A DNA stretch of 62,569 nt, counting the filler, from Basidiobolus meristosporus CBS 931.73 (Eukaryota > Fungi > Basidiobolomycota): assembly GCA_002104905.1 (NCBI GenBank). It is 5 parts of 5 records of this genome, joined end to end, with 100 filler letters (N's around TTAATTAATTAA, not from the genome) between each part and the next. Parts side by side here need not be neighbours in the genome. Positions count along the whole stretch, not along the records: positions 1 to 13,704 come from MCFE01001198.1; positions 13,805 to 26,495 come from MCFE01001231.1; 3 more parts are not named here. The stretch is one strand, 5' to 3'. This document shows, one piece after another, positions 12,901-26,595 of the stretch (position 1 is the stretch's first letter; each line of letters opens with the position of its first letter). The position numbers and the translations under genes are program-made. The notes beneath the pieces were generated by a model that was not told the DNA's origin, searched no databases, and saw only the letters and a list, made by a program, of their open reading frames with translations.

Positions 12901-13380
12901 GGGTAAAAAACACCAACTGGTGAAGTCTTTATTGAAGTGACTCAAAATAAAGTAGCCAGTTGCTACACTATAAGCATTTTCATATGTGAATAAAGACAAG
13001 TGTCATTTTTGAAAAGCTCAGAAGAGAGATCACTAAGTTCCAGAGGAGTTAAATCAGAGTTAAGTAGTACTTGGGTGATAACTAAGGGATGTAATAATAT
13101 ATCCACAACTGCCACAAAGTTGGACAAATATGGATTGGGGCAAGTAAGAGTGCAGTATCATGACTGAGATTGCTCTACCATCAAGTGAAGTATACATTGT
13201 ATAGACAAGTGCCAAGTTTATTGTGTCCTGCACATGCTGAGCAAAATGATATGTCTCAGAATCAACAAGTCAATTATACATTTCTGATACAGTATAATTC
13301 AGTAAGTACCAAAAGCCTGGACCACTAGTTGCAATTAATATGGGTGTGGATAGGTGAACAAGATAAATGACAATTGTATC

Positions 13381-13704
13381 TGTTGTGAAAATTTGTATTT
13401 CCACCTAAATATTCACCTAACTTAGTCACTTGGATCATTACCTTCATATCCTAGAGAATACTGACCATATTCCTTGTTGGGATTTACTTGGAATATTTTC
13501 ACCAAAATACCAGGTACCCAGAACATCAAAATTTTCAAAGTTGTCCAAACAGCCCCAAACTTTGCACACATGTTCTTGGGACCTTCATTCACCTATTCTA
13601 CGTGTTTTTTATGCCAAGACCAGATAAGAGTATTAATACTACTTTTACATTCAATAAATCATTAAGTGAAAGCCACATAATCTACTTGTCCTCCTAATCA
13701 CTTC
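13381..13704 (+). mobile_element. Copia-family LTR, cut by the assembly gap
   Basis: Starts tgttgtgaaaattt and is highly similar to 58337..58660 (cacctaaatattcacctaacttagtcact..., ccaaacagccccaaactttgcacacatgttcttgggacc). Confidence 0.9.
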
Positions 13705-13804
13705 NNNNNNNNNNNNNNNNNNNNNNNNNNNNNNNNNNNNNNNNNNNNTTAATTAATTAANNNNNNNNNNNNNNNNNNNNNNNNNNNNNNNNNNNNNNNN
13801 NNNN
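13705..13804. other. Artificial contig spacer 1
   Basis: 44 N + TTAATTAATTAA (stops in all six frames) + 44 N. Confidence 0.98.
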
Positions 13805-14459
13805 ACTTCTCTTGTTCTAGTCTCTCTTTCTCCGCTTTCTTCTCCAAAGCTAAAGCTGACAGCAGCTCTTTCAATGTAGAGGCCAGGGAAAAGACCATCA
13901 CCATACCGATAGACTCTTCAGCCTGTTGTGAATAGGCGAGCAAAGTTAGTGACCTCGCGGAGGTAGTCTAGGATGCGGTCGATACGAACCAGAGTTTTGA
14001 GCTCCTCAGTAAATTTCTCGAGCTCCTCCGAAGAAAAATCTCCTTCAATCACCTCAATCTTGTATTCGGGTAGTTCATCCGGGTAAGTTGGTGTGTAGGT
14101 CACGTTTAGGTAGAGTGAGCCTAGTTGCGAAGATAGTAAATAAACGAGACTTTCCTTGAGACGATCCAGGGTAAACAGGATACATACATGGGAACTCTTC
14201 TACTTCCTCCTCGGGGTTAACTAAAATGCGGAAGGAGTGGGGTTCCGATTCAAGTTCTGTGTGAAAAGGCTTAGTGGTTGCCTTTTTAAAATGGCTTGAA
14301 AAAACGTTGGAACTCTACGAACCTTCGTATTCCTCTGGATAAATAGATTGGAGAGCCTCAATCTCATTCAACTGCTCTTCAGCGTAATCTACAACACGGT
14401 GCGTTTGGTTAGATGGAAGCGCCATCTGAAGTGAAATGTAGTAGGACCCTACCAGTCAT
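13805..14459 (-). CDS. RWD-domain protein (Gir2/RWDD1-like), multi-exon, 3' end lost in the gap
   Basis: Spliced translation MTDYAEEQLNEIEALQSIYPEEYE...VTYTPTYPDELP...AEESIGMVMVFSLASTLKE. It carries the RWD YPxxxP motif and GT-AG introns. Confidence 0.88.
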
Positions 14460-14778
14460 GATGAATATTCTGATGTCTAGTACAGTTCAGAAATAGAAGT
14501 GATCTGCTCAATGTTGTATTTCACCCAGCTTGACCACCACACGCTAACGCACACTGACTATTCTGGAGCAAGGCTTACTCGGATTGACATGTTAATCCCA
14601 TTTTTTTTCTGATCACCATTTTTTTCGATAATGGTATAGGCTTTAGCGAGTTTTTAATCAAGTTGACTCCCACATGCCGCTTGAGAATGGAGAGTTTTGT
14701 GCACACTACCTCATTGGAAATGTTGGGATCAATCAAAATGGCACGAGTTTATTATTAATTATTGTGCTGATGATGGCT

Positions 14779-15744
14779 TTAACCGAAGATAGGGCAGTCA
14801 AAATAGGTTCCGGGATCATTGAAACGGATGCCCTTGTCCAATTTCTTGATTTCATTCATATCCTCCTCGCTAAGTTTGAAGTCGAGATCAATGTTCTGCT
14901 CCAGACGTTCGTCGCTCACGGATTTTGGAATCACTGCTAGCTGACGCTCGTTGGCCCAGCGAAGGAGCACCTGAGCTGGAGTCTTGGAGTGTTTCTTAGC
15001 AATCTTGGTGATGATCTCGTGCTCCAACAAGCTAGGGATATCCTTGGCTCCATCAAATAAGGAGAGGTATGAGATGGATCCAAAGCTTGAGTAAGCGGTG
15101 ATGGCAATCTCCTTTCTGTGGCAGAATTCTACCAGTACATCCTGGGCCAAATAAGGGTGGATTTCTACTTGGTTGACAGCTGGCTTGATGCGAGCATATT
15201 TTAGGAGATCCATAAGCAGAGAACAGTTAAAATTGGCAACACCAATGTTCTTCACTAAACCGGCATCCACAAGCTCCTCCATGGCCTCCCAGGTTTCACG
15301 GATGCTGACATCGACGTAGGTTGGAAGCTTGTCGGTTTCGGGGTTGTAAAGCCACTCGGGTGGATAGCGAGTGTTGAAGTCAACATACTTCAAGGAAATA
15401 GGGAAGTGAATCAAGTAAAGGTCTAGGTACTCCAAGCCCAAATCCTTCAAGGTTCTCTCGAAAGCAGGGCGAACATGTTCTCTAGCATGGAATGTGTTCC
15501 ATAGTTTGGAGGTGACGAAGATATCTTCGCGCTTCACCACGCCAGAGCCGATAGCGGCTTTGATACCCTCTCCGACTTCAACCTCGTTGCCATAGTCACA
15601 AGCACAGTCAAGAAGACGATATCCCTTGCGAATAGACTTTTCAACAACTTCGGCGGTCTTGTCTTTGGGGATCTTCCAGGTGCCCAAGCCAACAAGTGGC
15701 ATGGCTTGGTTGGTGGTTTTGAGGTTAACTGTAGCTTTAGTCAT
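14779..15744 (-). CDS. Aldo-keto reductase, xylose reductase/GRE3-like
   Basis: Motifs GLGTWK, DCACDYGNE, SKLWNT, LYLIHFP, QVEIHPY and IPKS; the D-Y-K-H catalytic tetrad is present. Confidence 0.93.
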   Translation of the reverse strand: MTKATVNLKTTNQAMPLVGLGTWKIPKDKTAEVVEKSIRKGYRLLDCACDYGNEVEVGEGIKAAIGSGVVKREDIFVTSKLWNTFHAREHVRPAFERTLKDLGLEYLDLYLIHFPISLKYVDFNTRYPPEWLYNPETDKLPTYVDVSIRETWEAMEELVDAGLVKNIGVANFNCSLLMDLLKYARIKPAVNQVEIHPYLAQDVLVEFCHRKEIAITAYSSFGSISYLSLFDGAKDIPSLLEHEIITKIAKKHSKTPAQVLLRWANERQLAVIPKSVSDERLEQNIDLDFKLSEEDMNEIKKLDKGIRFNDPGTYFDCPIFG

Positions 15745-16277
15745 GGTGAATGGAACCAGATAAAAGTCAACTTGATGTGATATTCTCGATTATATACGGA
15801 GAAAATAAGTTGAATCATGCCATATATGCTTAGCAAACGTCACCTGGGCAGGAACCAATAACATGGGTAAACCGAACAATCGTGATGGGGTTCCTTGGGA
15901 GCTTCAATGCACCAACTGGGTGGATTCTTGGTGCTGTAGCACAAGTTGATCAAAATTTGACACGTTTGTATCGTCATTTCGCACTTAGGTAAGCGTTATG
16001 TATATATATATATATATATCATATTACGCAATGTTTACCTGGACAGACAAGATGCGTTTCTAAGATGTATTTAAGGCCTTAGAGCCGAGTGACTCCGATA
16101 TGATGCTACCAGTGTCAAGTGAAAGTGAAAGGAAACATCGATTGTCATTTCTATTGACCGGGTAATGTTTGAAAGTAAATGACAAATAAGCTAGTCTACT
16201 GAAACTAAATATCAATTCTATGCATTACAATAAAACGGAGTGAGTACAAGATAAATACGAGGGGGATTAATGACACT

Positions 16278-18250
16278 TCAGTTGGCACCAAGCTTGGTAA
16301 TGGTTTGGGCAAGAATCTCGGCACCCTTGTTGCCCTCGGCCCCGGCTTTCTTGATGTCCTTCACGCGCTTCTTGAGTGCAGACATGACCTTCTTTTGGCA
16401 AGCAGGTGACTCGAGCAGTGCGAGGACAACGAAAGAGCCGCCTGAGGTGCTGAAGTGAGCAATCTGTGATTGGACGGCATCGAGGATGGCTGGTCCGATG
16501 GTAGCTTCGCCATCAGTTTTGATCTCGCCAGATTTGCTCTTGTATTCCGATTGAATCAAGGTCTTGAGGGTACGGCTGGCGATGGTGTTCTCCAGAATGT
16601 GGTTCTCCTCGTCATCTTCGGCGATGAGGGTCTTCAAGGCATCGAAGAGAGCTGATTTGTCCCCAGCAGCGTTTCTGAATACCTCGAAGCAGACTTGACT
16701 GGGGAATGGCTCGCGGAGCATGGAGCCAAGGTTCTCGGAGACGTACTTCAAGAGGGCGGGGGAAATGGCGTTCAACAATTCCTTGGAACGAGCAGCGGGC
16801 TCCTTCTTACTGGTTGTGGCACGAACTTCATCGCCGGTTTGGAGAAGGGTGATGTTGTCGGGAGAGATGTACTTGGGAGATCTTCCGGCGAGAAGGTACA
16901 ACACGACACGACGACCGTACTTGTCATTGACAATCTCGTCCAGGGTGTTGCAGATTTCACTAATGATGTTCTTGTTGACAAGAACGGTATCATCGACCAC
17001 ATCAAACAATCTAAGAAGGACCATGTGGCCGTATTCCTCTTGGCAAATCTTCTGTACGAAAGGCTTGAATGACTTCACGATGACTTTACGATCCTTGGGA
17101 GTGGCGTAAAGGAGGCAGAGCATGGCAACTTGAGCACCATCCTTGGTGTGAAGAATCTCAGCAACCTGTTCCTTGATGATGGCGATCATCTCTTGGACGC
17201 CATTGGCATCGGTGTGTGTGAGATACTCGTACATGGCGCGGTGAACAATACTGTGATTGATGGTTCCTTTGTCCAAAATGGCCGAGATGGTTTCATTCAA
17301 ATGCTTCAAAATAGACTCCTTCTTCTCTGGCTTTTCCTTGAGGATGTCGTCCAACGATTTCTTATCGGCAGATTTGAACAGGGCAAACTCGGGTCCGTAG
17401 AACTCCTCAACCAAGGCGTGGCGCTGGGCAGAGTTGGCGAATTGTCCAAAAGCCTCTTCGATAATCTCCGAGGCCTCCTTGTGTCTAATCAGCTTGCGTA
17501 CTTTTCCGTAGAACTCCTTGATCACATGCTCACGATACTTGGGACAGTAGTGCAAAATCTTGATGACAATGAACTTTCCGTACATGCTCTTGGACAATTC
17601 CAAGTATCTGCCCTTCAGCTCGCTGGCGATTTGATTACGATGCTCAGGATTGCCATACTTCAAGCATGTTTGGATGACTCGAGAGGCGTCATGTTTGAAA
17701 ATCACCTGTTGACGACACAGATTAACCCTGTAAACATGCCATTGCTCATTTGGAAGTAACATACCTCAACGACACGACCCTTGACCAAGGCCATCAAATC
17801 CGAAATAAGTTTTTCTCTCTCGGGCTTGGGAACATCCTTACGGCGCATCTTTTCCCAAATCTTCTTGGCTTGTGACAAAATTTCGAAATGAGGCTTTTGC
17901 GCTTTACGCTCCAACTTTAAGGTCTTCTGTTTCTCGTGTGCCTCCTTAGAGTTTTGGCTGTTGGCAGGCTGCTGGTTGAGTTTAGCTTGTGGCTCGGTCT
18001 GCTCATCGGCCTCTTGAGCTTCTTCGATCTCCTCTCCATCGAACATGTCCTCATCCGAATCCTCCACTTCCTCAGTAGTCTCCTTGGTCACTGCCTTTTT
18101 CTTTTTGGGTTTGACTTCAGGTTCGTGTTGGGCAGCAGGCTTGACCTTCTTGGTAGCGCTCTTGCTTTTGGCATCTTTCACCTGCTTGGGTACTTTACCT
18201 TCTCCCTCATTCGAGGCCTTACGCTTTTTTTGGATTTGGTTCCCGGCCAT
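16278..18250 (-). CDS. PUF6: Pumilio-homology ribosome biogenesis factor Puf6/Puf-A; intron at 17706..17764
   Basis: Lys/Glu-rich N-terminus followed by IFKHDASRVIQTCLKYG, LSKSMYGKFIVIKILHYC and ILHTKDGAQVAM. The two ORFs join through a GTATGT...AACAG intron. Confidence 0.92.
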
Positions 18251-18574
18251 GATCACTTTGTGTGGTTAGGTTGTGCTGAGAACTGAATGGATTTCGAAAA
18301 TTGCTGGTTTGCCGCCGATAAAATGAACTCCAGTCTAACTAAGCGTTTTTTTTCTTTTTTTTTCAATTGGAATATAGGAAAAAAAAGGCGTGGATCTGTG
18401 AACTGGCATAGAATTCGGGACTTGGTTTAACTGCACCAGATGTTGTTTAACCGAAATCATCCACACGATGCATTGGATTGGAATTGAAATCCTCGATCAA
18501 AAAACTTTTACTGTTCTGGAGATGTGCAGTTTATCTAGACTAGAGGGCCATTTGTATCTTTCACTCCAGCTATA

Positions 18575-19018
18575 ATGTCCGCAAAGAAGCCGGCCGCCAC
18601 CGCCTTTCTGAGAATCCTTGTTCCAGCCGGTAAGGCATCCCCTTCCCCACCCGTTGGTCCTGCTCTTGGTCAGAGAGGTATCAAGTCCATGGATTTTTGT
18701 AAACAATTCAACGACCGTACCAAGGACATCGAGCCTGGTACTCCCATTCCCACCGTCATCACCGTGAAGCCCGACCGTACCTTCAGCTTCGTCACCAAGA
18801 GCCCACCAACCTCTTGGTTGCTCAAGCGTGCCGCCGGTGTGGAGAAGGGTAGCTCTCAACCTGGTGTTCAGATAGTTGGTAAAATCTCTCTCAAGCACGT
18901 CTACGAAATCGCGCTACGCAAGCAAAACGACGCCAACTTGGCCCACCAGGAGTTGAAGAATATTTGCGGCTCTATCGTCGGTAGCGCCAGGTCTGTTGGC
19001 ATCGAGGTTGTTCCTTAG
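18575..19018 (+). CDS. MRPL11: Mitochondrial ribosomal protein uL11m
   Basis: AGKASPSPPVGPALGQRGIKSMDFCKQFN, DRTFSF...KSPPTSWLLK and GSARSVGIEVV are uL11 hallmarks. Confidence 0.95.
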   Translation: MSAKKPAATAFLRILVPAGKASPSPPVGPALGQRGIKSMDFCKQFNDRTKDIEPGTPIPTVITVKPDRTFSFVTKSPPTSWLLKRAAGVEKGSSQPGVQIVGKISLKHVYEIALRKQNDANLAHQELKNICGSIVGSARSVGIEVVP

Positions 19019-19356
19019 ATTCGTGTACACACCCAACCTCCTAGATACACTTGGCTATCTCCGGGTTTCCATACTTCTAGATACTTTCCATCTGCATTCC
19101 ACTATTTCGCACTCTCTTCCCACTCTACCCCAAGATCACTCAAATAAACCGTTCAATTATGATGGTGTGATGGTCACATGGATGCTTTACTAAACTGCTC
19201 AGCAAGACGCTCGAAATACTTTGATAAAATGGACGGGAAGAACATTGGATTAACCGACGGAATCAAATGAAATTGTACAAAGTGGAGCCAAGTTATAAAG
19301 CTTGCAACTATAGGTTGGTAAATCAACTCATTCTACGTAGATGGGGCTCGCGCACT

Positions 19357-22142
19357 CTACTTCTCCAGCTGAGCGATCTGTTCTAGAAGAGACTTGGATT
19401 GTGAAACGAAGTCTAAGGGTGTCGCCTGTAGCACGCTATAACGGACTTTTGAGGTATCCTGTGGACTTGACGTGTTAGCGGCGAGTTAATGATGTGGAGA
19501 TATGTGGATCCTACTTACGTTGAATACTTCTTGCTTGGCACGGCACTTGAACATGTACTGTTGGAAGTTGGCTTGCTGAAACACAGCGGAGAAAGCGGCA
19601 GGGTTGATGTCCTATGGAGATTTGGTTAGTCAGACTCGCCTCTCTTTCCGGAATCCCTGGCATACCTTGAGTTGCATCAGCTCGCCAGCAGTTTTTCCCA
19701 AGACTTGGACACCGATATCATTGAAACATTGCAACCAGACCTGGCCGGTGTGATCGCTAACATTGATGGCCATGATATATCTGATGGGGGAGTTTAGAGA
19801 AAAGAACACGCATGGGATTCTACGAGGGTCAAGTTACCTATACTCAGGGGCGTCATAGCTGCGGTTGCACTTTTCACATCTCCAGCCTCCCGCGTCTTCA
19901 GTCACCTTCTTGTTGCACGAGTCGCTAGGGCAGGCTGGGTAGGCAAGGTTCTCCTGCTTCAAAAACACGACGGTGCCCTTCGCGAGGAAATAGTCCGGCT
20001 ATATGATTCCAAACGTTAGTTTGTGTCCACCGATAGCTTTGCATGACCAATCAATGACCTTGTCACCCATTCCGAGGTTCTCATCCTTGACCTGGCCGAA
20101 ATTCTTCAGCTCGTCTTTCTTGGCGGTGATTGGGGCTCCGTTGCCTCCCATCGAATTCGAGTAGCCGTGGAATTGGGCAGAGTGGCCCATCGAGTCATAC
20201 CTAGGCAAAGGCAAGGTGAGAACGGGATTCGTAATGGTGCAGCGAAAGCGTATACTTACCAGCCACGAAGGCGATGGGCCTCCGGAATATCTGGATCAAT
20301 CATCATTGAGCTAGAGCTGTACATGGAGAGGGAACGTCCTGGATAGAGCCGAGGCGTTAATGTTGAGGTATATCATGTATCAGCACAAGGAACATACCGT
20401 TGAAATCACTGACACGAACCCCTTTGAACGCAATAATGGGAGTGGAGGAAGCGTCGAACGATTCGGCTTGTTTACCCCAGAGTGTAAGACGAACCGAGAA
20501 TTCCGATGTATCGACAAGGGTCAGGTCCCGCTTCGATACAGGCTTCTGTGTTGCTTTCGAGAGAATCTGAGACAGCTCCTGAGCCTCTCTTACAACTCCA
20601 ATGACATCTATTCGGTCACGCTGTTAGCACTAGGTTCCATGCTTCCTTATGAACATCCACATACCAATGGTGCTATCCTTGGCTACGTCATTCAACTTGC
20701 TCAATTCAACAAAATTGTACCGGACTTTGGGTACATCTACGGTATCTACGCACTATAGGAGAGGATTAGTATCGTAGACTGGTCGGATAAACAAGGATTT
20801 TCGCTTACGAGGGAAACTTCGGTTCCATGGTCGAGGGATAGCTCGTATTCGTTCTGGATGGAGGAGAATTGTGGCTTGGCCATGGTCACTTTGGCCTTGG
20901 AGATGTAATAAACCTGCGTCGACCGATGGTTAGATGCTACGTGGAGATTGGGAGTTGTTCATCGGGTGTATATATACCTTGTTTTCCTCGAATAGGCTGT
21001 AGAATTGATCCACCTGGTCGTTAAAGGCAGTCGCCTTAATCTCACCCTAACGCACCAAAATTGAGTCGATTGTAAGCATGGGGAGTTCGGTTGGCTGGAC
21101 TTACACTCTCGTCTAGCAAGTTGACACTAAAGAGTTTTCCTTCACCACGGGCATTGTGCCAGTGTCTGATGTCGGATTTCGACGTTACTCGGACTCGAAT
21201 AGTCCATCTGCATGTATGTTAAACAAGAATACCTCGGCATTAATAGTCAATCTTGCTCTTACTTATTTTGATAGGGGCTGAGCCCTTTGATGGGGTAAAT
21301 AGCCCCGGCTGGCTCTCCAATAGAACGGGGTGGCATATTTGATGTTTGGCTGTTGCGGTCGATGTTAATGAGGGGTTCAGCTACAAGTTCAACTCCAACC
21401 ATTATTACTTATTAGGGGCCTTGTTAGGAACACCAGGGGGCTTGTTTCCATTAAATGGGTGGCTTTGACCCATATTATTCTGACCGTAACCAAAATTCTG
21501 AGGCTGTTGCTGCTGTTGTGGTTGCTGAGGATAAGGTTGGTTTGGTGTAGGGTTGACAGGGCTGGGTCGCTGTTGTGGAGAGTCCTGGTTTGATCCTCCA
21601 GTTTGAGCAGGAGCCGGTTCCATAGAGACGGGGTCACCAATCTTTTCCTCGGGTGTTCCTAGAGCCTCGACGTTCAGAACAATCACTATTCTATCAGGGG
21701 GTAAGTACGCAAAATTCAACAAATTCACAAGCTGATAAGCAAGTACCTTCTGTTTTGCACCGAGTTACAAATGTACTGCACCAGTTTGATCACAGTGTAT
21801 TTAGTGATCGCGCCGTTATTGATTAGCTCGTTCATTTGGGTACCAAGCATAGCTACGAAGCGAAAAGTCAGCAACGGTGGAAAAAGGAAAGAACGGAAGA
21901 TAAAGGTCACCTTGCATAAAGTGAGTTCCATCGGAAATGACAAGTCTGGTGAGGTTTGATTAGAAAGGGCGCGCGAGAGTGAGCTTAATGCAACATAGGT
22001 ACCGAAAACGCTCGGGCGTCGAAGGATTCTGGGAGGTTAACTTTTTGATGTTGATGATCTGTAAGACAGGATTTGCAGAAGCAGGCGAATCCTTGTTGTC
22101 TTCATAGATCGCCTTAATCGCGCCTTGTGTTAGCTGGTTCAT
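19357..22142 (-). CDS. RFA1: Replication protein A 70-kDa subunit, many introns
   Basis: Exons encode [13 protein letters not shown]...[40 protein letters not shown] and an end of ...[11 protein letters not shown] Gln/Pro-rich linker follows the N-terminal OB fold. Confidence 0.92.
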
Positions 22143-22576
22143 GGTATGCACTACGTTTATCTTCAACAAACAAACTAAAGAGACTTGTGATAGTGATAAC
22201 GTCCAATCAGTCTAAAATGGCCGTTACTCCTATTGCCAATAATATTATTTGTTTTGTTTTCATTCCCTGCGGCACAATTTTTTCTAGTAGTGGCTTATCC
22301 ATTGGAGTGCAACATTGTTGATGACATTCAGCTGCGAACTAATCGAATATGATTATGTTCCATGAGAAATTAAACCAAATACCCAGGTGCACCAAATTCA
22401 ACAAGGAGCGGGGTCTGCAATTGTATTGATTATGTCTAATGACCATTGTGTGGTATTCTCCATTCACATAGAATAACAATGATTTCTTTTTTGGTGAATA
22501 AACTTCCGAATATGTTGATTAGTGTAGACCAAAACTTGCACGGGGAAAGGACTTCTCCGTCTTCTGTCAACCCAGG

Positions 22577-23971
22577 ATGAAGTCTACCTCTAGTCTCGTC
22601 GACCCAAAAGACTCGGGCTTCGAAGGGCGAAACAGGATTTTTCTTTGGGGAAATATTGTCACCTGTGGTGATTTTTGGGCTTTCGGAGTAACCCTTCTGT
22701 TAATTCATGTTCCTGTAGTACTATTCGGTGTATTTGTGTAAGCTCTTGACCGTCATGGAAACTCTCGAATGCAACTTGAATTCGATTTCTAGGCTTGAAT
22801 ACTGAAGCTAACGGTTTATATAGTTGTCCTTTTGTATATAGTAACATTAGTCCCGCCGCGGTGTTCGTCTTCGCCTACATTTATCTTGTATCTATGGCCT
22901 CGTTATTAAAAACCTCTTGGACCGACCCAGGGGTACGTACCTTAAGACCCCCACCTTCACAAGCTTTGGTTGCGAATCTTCTTTTTTGCCTTCAATTCTA
23001 GATACTTCCTCGGAATTTAGACCCAATCCAGTCTTTGGAAACCTTTGGAGAACCCACCAACTCTGTAGACAGAGTGGAACAGCCCCGTTTCTCCGCAGCA
23101 TACCCTGGACTCAAGGATGTTGTGATAAACGGAGTCACAGTCAAGTTGAAGTTCTGTGATACTTGTCAACTGTATCGTCCACCGCGGTGTAGTCACTGTA
23201 GACAATGCGACAATTGCGTGGGTTAGTAAACTAAAGAGTAAACGATAATAGCTACAACTGACAACTTCCGCTAGAACACGAGGATCATCACTGCATTTGG
23301 GTCAACAACTGCGTCGGCCGACGCAACTATCGCTACTTCTTCACGTTTATATCGAGCATATCGATTATGTGCTTCTACGTACTAGGTTTAGTATAGCTCA
23401 TCTAGTTCTTTATTGGAGAATGCAAGTGAATGAAAGCGCAACCGGCGAGTATCCGTTTCAAGAAGTACTAGCCACCAAATTTGTCAGATATCCTTTTTTT
23501 CCGTAGACTAGCGATTGAGCGTCCTTCCATTCACGTATATGCATCATCCTTAACTAGCTTACTCTTATCCTGGCGATTTTTACGTTTGTCTTTGGGCTCT
23601 CCATCTTCGCCTTAACGCGTATCATTTTTATCTAATATCGAAAAATATGACCACATACGAGCAGGTATATGGCCCTTTCCCTTTCCCGGCCCATCTGATT
23701 GCTAACAGTTTCAACGCTAGCTACGGTCATCTGTCAACATCCAAGAAGCGTCGCACTCTTTCAGCTTGGGAAACATCCTTACGAACATATGCCGATTTGT
23801 CGCCCGCCCGAGCCCACCTAGGTAAATCATCACATGATAAGCTTCACAAGTAGAGTCGTTAATAACAATCCACCGGACCATCCACCCCAGCTACATCGAT
23901 TGGCACAAGGTATTCCAAGAAAGGCAGTCCAACAGCCGTCCATCACCTCGCGTGTTAGCCCAATTGTATGA
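22577..23971 (+). CDS. DHHC palmitoyltransferase, Erf2/ZDHHC9-like, multi-exon (start approximate)
   Basis: [66 protein letters not shown] and the TTYEQ motif, separated by GT-AG introns. Confidence 0.9.
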
Positions 23972-24129
23972 ACCCATAGAACCCCATTGATAATAGACTT
24001 GGTTAGCCGATTAATTTGCAAAAGATGTGGAATAAAAGATATTTAATTATGAGTCGACTATGGTTCGCGTTGAATATACTTTACAACGACCATTCCATCA
24101 TGGTGAAATGAAAATGGCAATCTTATGAT

Positions 24130-25843
24130 CTATTTCTTGGATTTGCTCTTGGAAGAAGTCACCTTCTCTTTTCTCTTCTTCACCGCCTTGGGGATCTTTG
24201 TTTTCCTTTTCTCGCGAGCCTGCTCCTTGGCTGCTTTTTTGCGTTCCTAGCAGTAAAGACGGTTGGTGTTAGGGGTGGGTTCGTGAGGGGCAGACGAGAG
24301 TCGTATATCACAAACCTTCTTCTCGTCTTTGTCTTCGAATCGCTTGCCACGGGGCTGATGATACTCTATTTCCCGCTCTTCGTCCTCGTCCTCGTCGTCC
24401 TCATCATCCTCATCCCCATCCTCATCTTCGTCACTGTCCATTTCGCTATCCTCGCTATCGCCATCGCTTTCTTCACTTTCGCTGGCGTTGACAAGATCCT
24501 CGTTGTCGAAATCCTTCAGACTAAGACCCGTGAGTTTTTGGTAGATGAGCTAAGGACGCAACATTAGACAAAAAAAACAAAGGGGAAACAAATGAGGAAT
24601 GTCGTACCGCATCGCCTTCACCCTTTTGAATCTTTTCAACATCACGCTCGATATCAAACACCTCGTCCAGATTACGGGGAATGTAGATTTGCTTGAACAC
24701 TTCCTCGTCGATATCGAACTTATTCATGACCTCTGAGTCATCATGTCTTTCGGTGACCATCTTCTGAATCTGGATTGCGGTGTGAGTATACAGCAGAGGG
24801 AAACAGTGGAAAAGCCGTAAAAAACCTTATCCAATTCGGCCTCGATTTCCTCCTCGGAGGATCCGATGTTGACGTCGGTGATGAAGTCGAACAGCTCACG
24901 AACGCTCATAACCGAGATCCCTCTCTTGCGGAAATAGTCCGTAACATTGGTACAGTCCATTCTCAAGAACTCCAAAGCGTGTGGATGGTCGTGCTCCACC
25001 GACTGGGAAACGTCGATGATATATAGTGTGCTCTTGTGATACCTAGAATTCCGGTTAGCGACATCCGAGAGAGCGCTTGGTCCAGCAGTTGAACTTCTTA
25101 CAAGATGTTATATTCGCTTAAATCACCGTGAACCAGGTGACACACTTGATAAAGCTTGCGCATGTCCTTAACCAACTGGTAGTAGAGCTGGGGATATTTC
25201 TCATCACTAACGACGGCATCCTTCAGACGAGGGTAGGCCCTATAATACGGCTTAGCTCACATACATCAATAATGGTTATTCTGCGCGATCATACCGGCCG
25301 TTCTTATCACCCAAAAATCCCATGACCAGCACATGCATCTTTAGCAGGATGGGTTCGGGACAAGGAATGCCAGCAGAATAAAGTCTTTTGAGATTACGCA
25401 TCTCCTTTTCGGCCCAGACTTTCACCATCTTACGGGGATTGTGTTTGCTGTAACCGTGTCTGAAACGGAACTCTCCAGTGACATATCTGTCACGATCCTT
25501 GAAGGTCAAGATGGATGTCTTGTAGATCTTGACCGCTCTGTTCTCCCCATTATCCGTGACCGCGTGATACACGTTGGCCTGAAAATCAAATCACAAAGTC
25601 AATTTGGGTACTTTGAAAAGAAGGTGGCCTAAGTTACTTCTTTTCCGGTACTGATGCAACCGTGAATCTCGTAAAACACTCCGCTGTTGAGAAGTTTGAA
25701 AAGAATGATACGTGTACGGCGGTCGAGCACTTGCTCGTTGGTGGCGCGATCCGCCTTGTCCGTGCGACGGAATTTGTCCTGCTCTATGCCCTCCATCTGT
25801 TTCAGAAAATACGTTGGTGTGTCGACGATGACACCTTAACCAT
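24130..25843 (-). CDS. RIO1: Atypical Ser/Thr kinase Rio1, multi-exon (start approximate)
   Basis: [85 protein letters not shown], then an acidic/basic tail ending SKSKSKK*. Confidence 0.94.
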
Positions 25844-26097
25844 GGTGCGGAAAAGAAAAAAAAGAAAAAAGAAAATCTACCACTTGATTAGCTGGTGGAT
25901 CTGAATTCGATTCGTATTGTGTCGGTTTATTGCAACAAGTAAAATAATATATAGCAGAAATTTACGATCCTCCCCCCTCAACTGGGATTGAGGGAAATAG
26001 GTACAAATGAATATACATAGCTATCCTGACAAATCATAATGTTCTATGGACAATTGATCACTCTATCTGTTGCAATGTACACTGTCATTCGGCTGGT

Positions 26098-26495
26098 TCA
26101 AAAACTGTTGCTACGAGACCAGCTGATAGACTTATTCTTGAGCTTTTGACTAAATGACTTGGTGAACTTGGCCATTTGCGCTTTACATTCGGTTTTGTGA
26201 CATTCGTCGTCCATTTCCACGTAGTTTTGAGGCACGCAATGAGGCTTCCCAACGGTGTGCGCAAAGAAACCTCTATAGCCTCCCTCCAGTACATACAACT
26301 CGGGATAGCTTAAATGAGGGTAGTTGACAGCATTCAATTCACGATCTAAGCTGCGCAAATGATGAGCCCTGAGACGAGATGAATGATTAGCTGGTGAATC
26401 GAAGGATTATGTAATCATAGTGACAATACTTACATTCTGGGTGCTCTATGAGAGGAATATTCACAATGGAAAACGATGATGGTTCGTTCATTGCT
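26098..26495 (-). CDS. Cdc25/Mih1 phosphatase, C-terminal rhodanese-domain fragment; 5' part lost in the gap
   Basis: IIVFHCEYSSHRAP contains the HCX5R active site, followed by LRSLDRELN...YPELYVLEGGYRGFF. Confidence 0.88.
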
Positions 26496-26595
26496 NNNNN
26501 NNNNNNNNNNNNNNNNNNNNNNNNNNNNNNNNNNNNNNNTTAATTAATTAANNNNNNNNNNNNNNNNNNNNNNNNNNNNNNNNNNNNNNNNNNNN
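26496..26595. other. Artificial contig spacer 2
   Basis: N44-TTAATTAATTAA-N44. Confidence 0.98.

Noticed and set aside
12560-13380. Possible pogo/Tc5 DDE transposase relic (TQTIQPIDVKP resembles THILQPLDV)
   Set aside because: Only a single short motif in degenerate AT-rich DNA, which is insufficient support.
15999-16019. (TA)n microsatellites here and at ~45325, plus a 13-bp doublet at ~52021
   Set aside because: Ordinary short tandem repeats with no supporting structure.
21385-21410. Apparent double stop (APNK**) in the RFA1 reading frame
   Set aside because: It falls inside a GTAATA...CAACAG intron, so it is not a pseudogene lesion.
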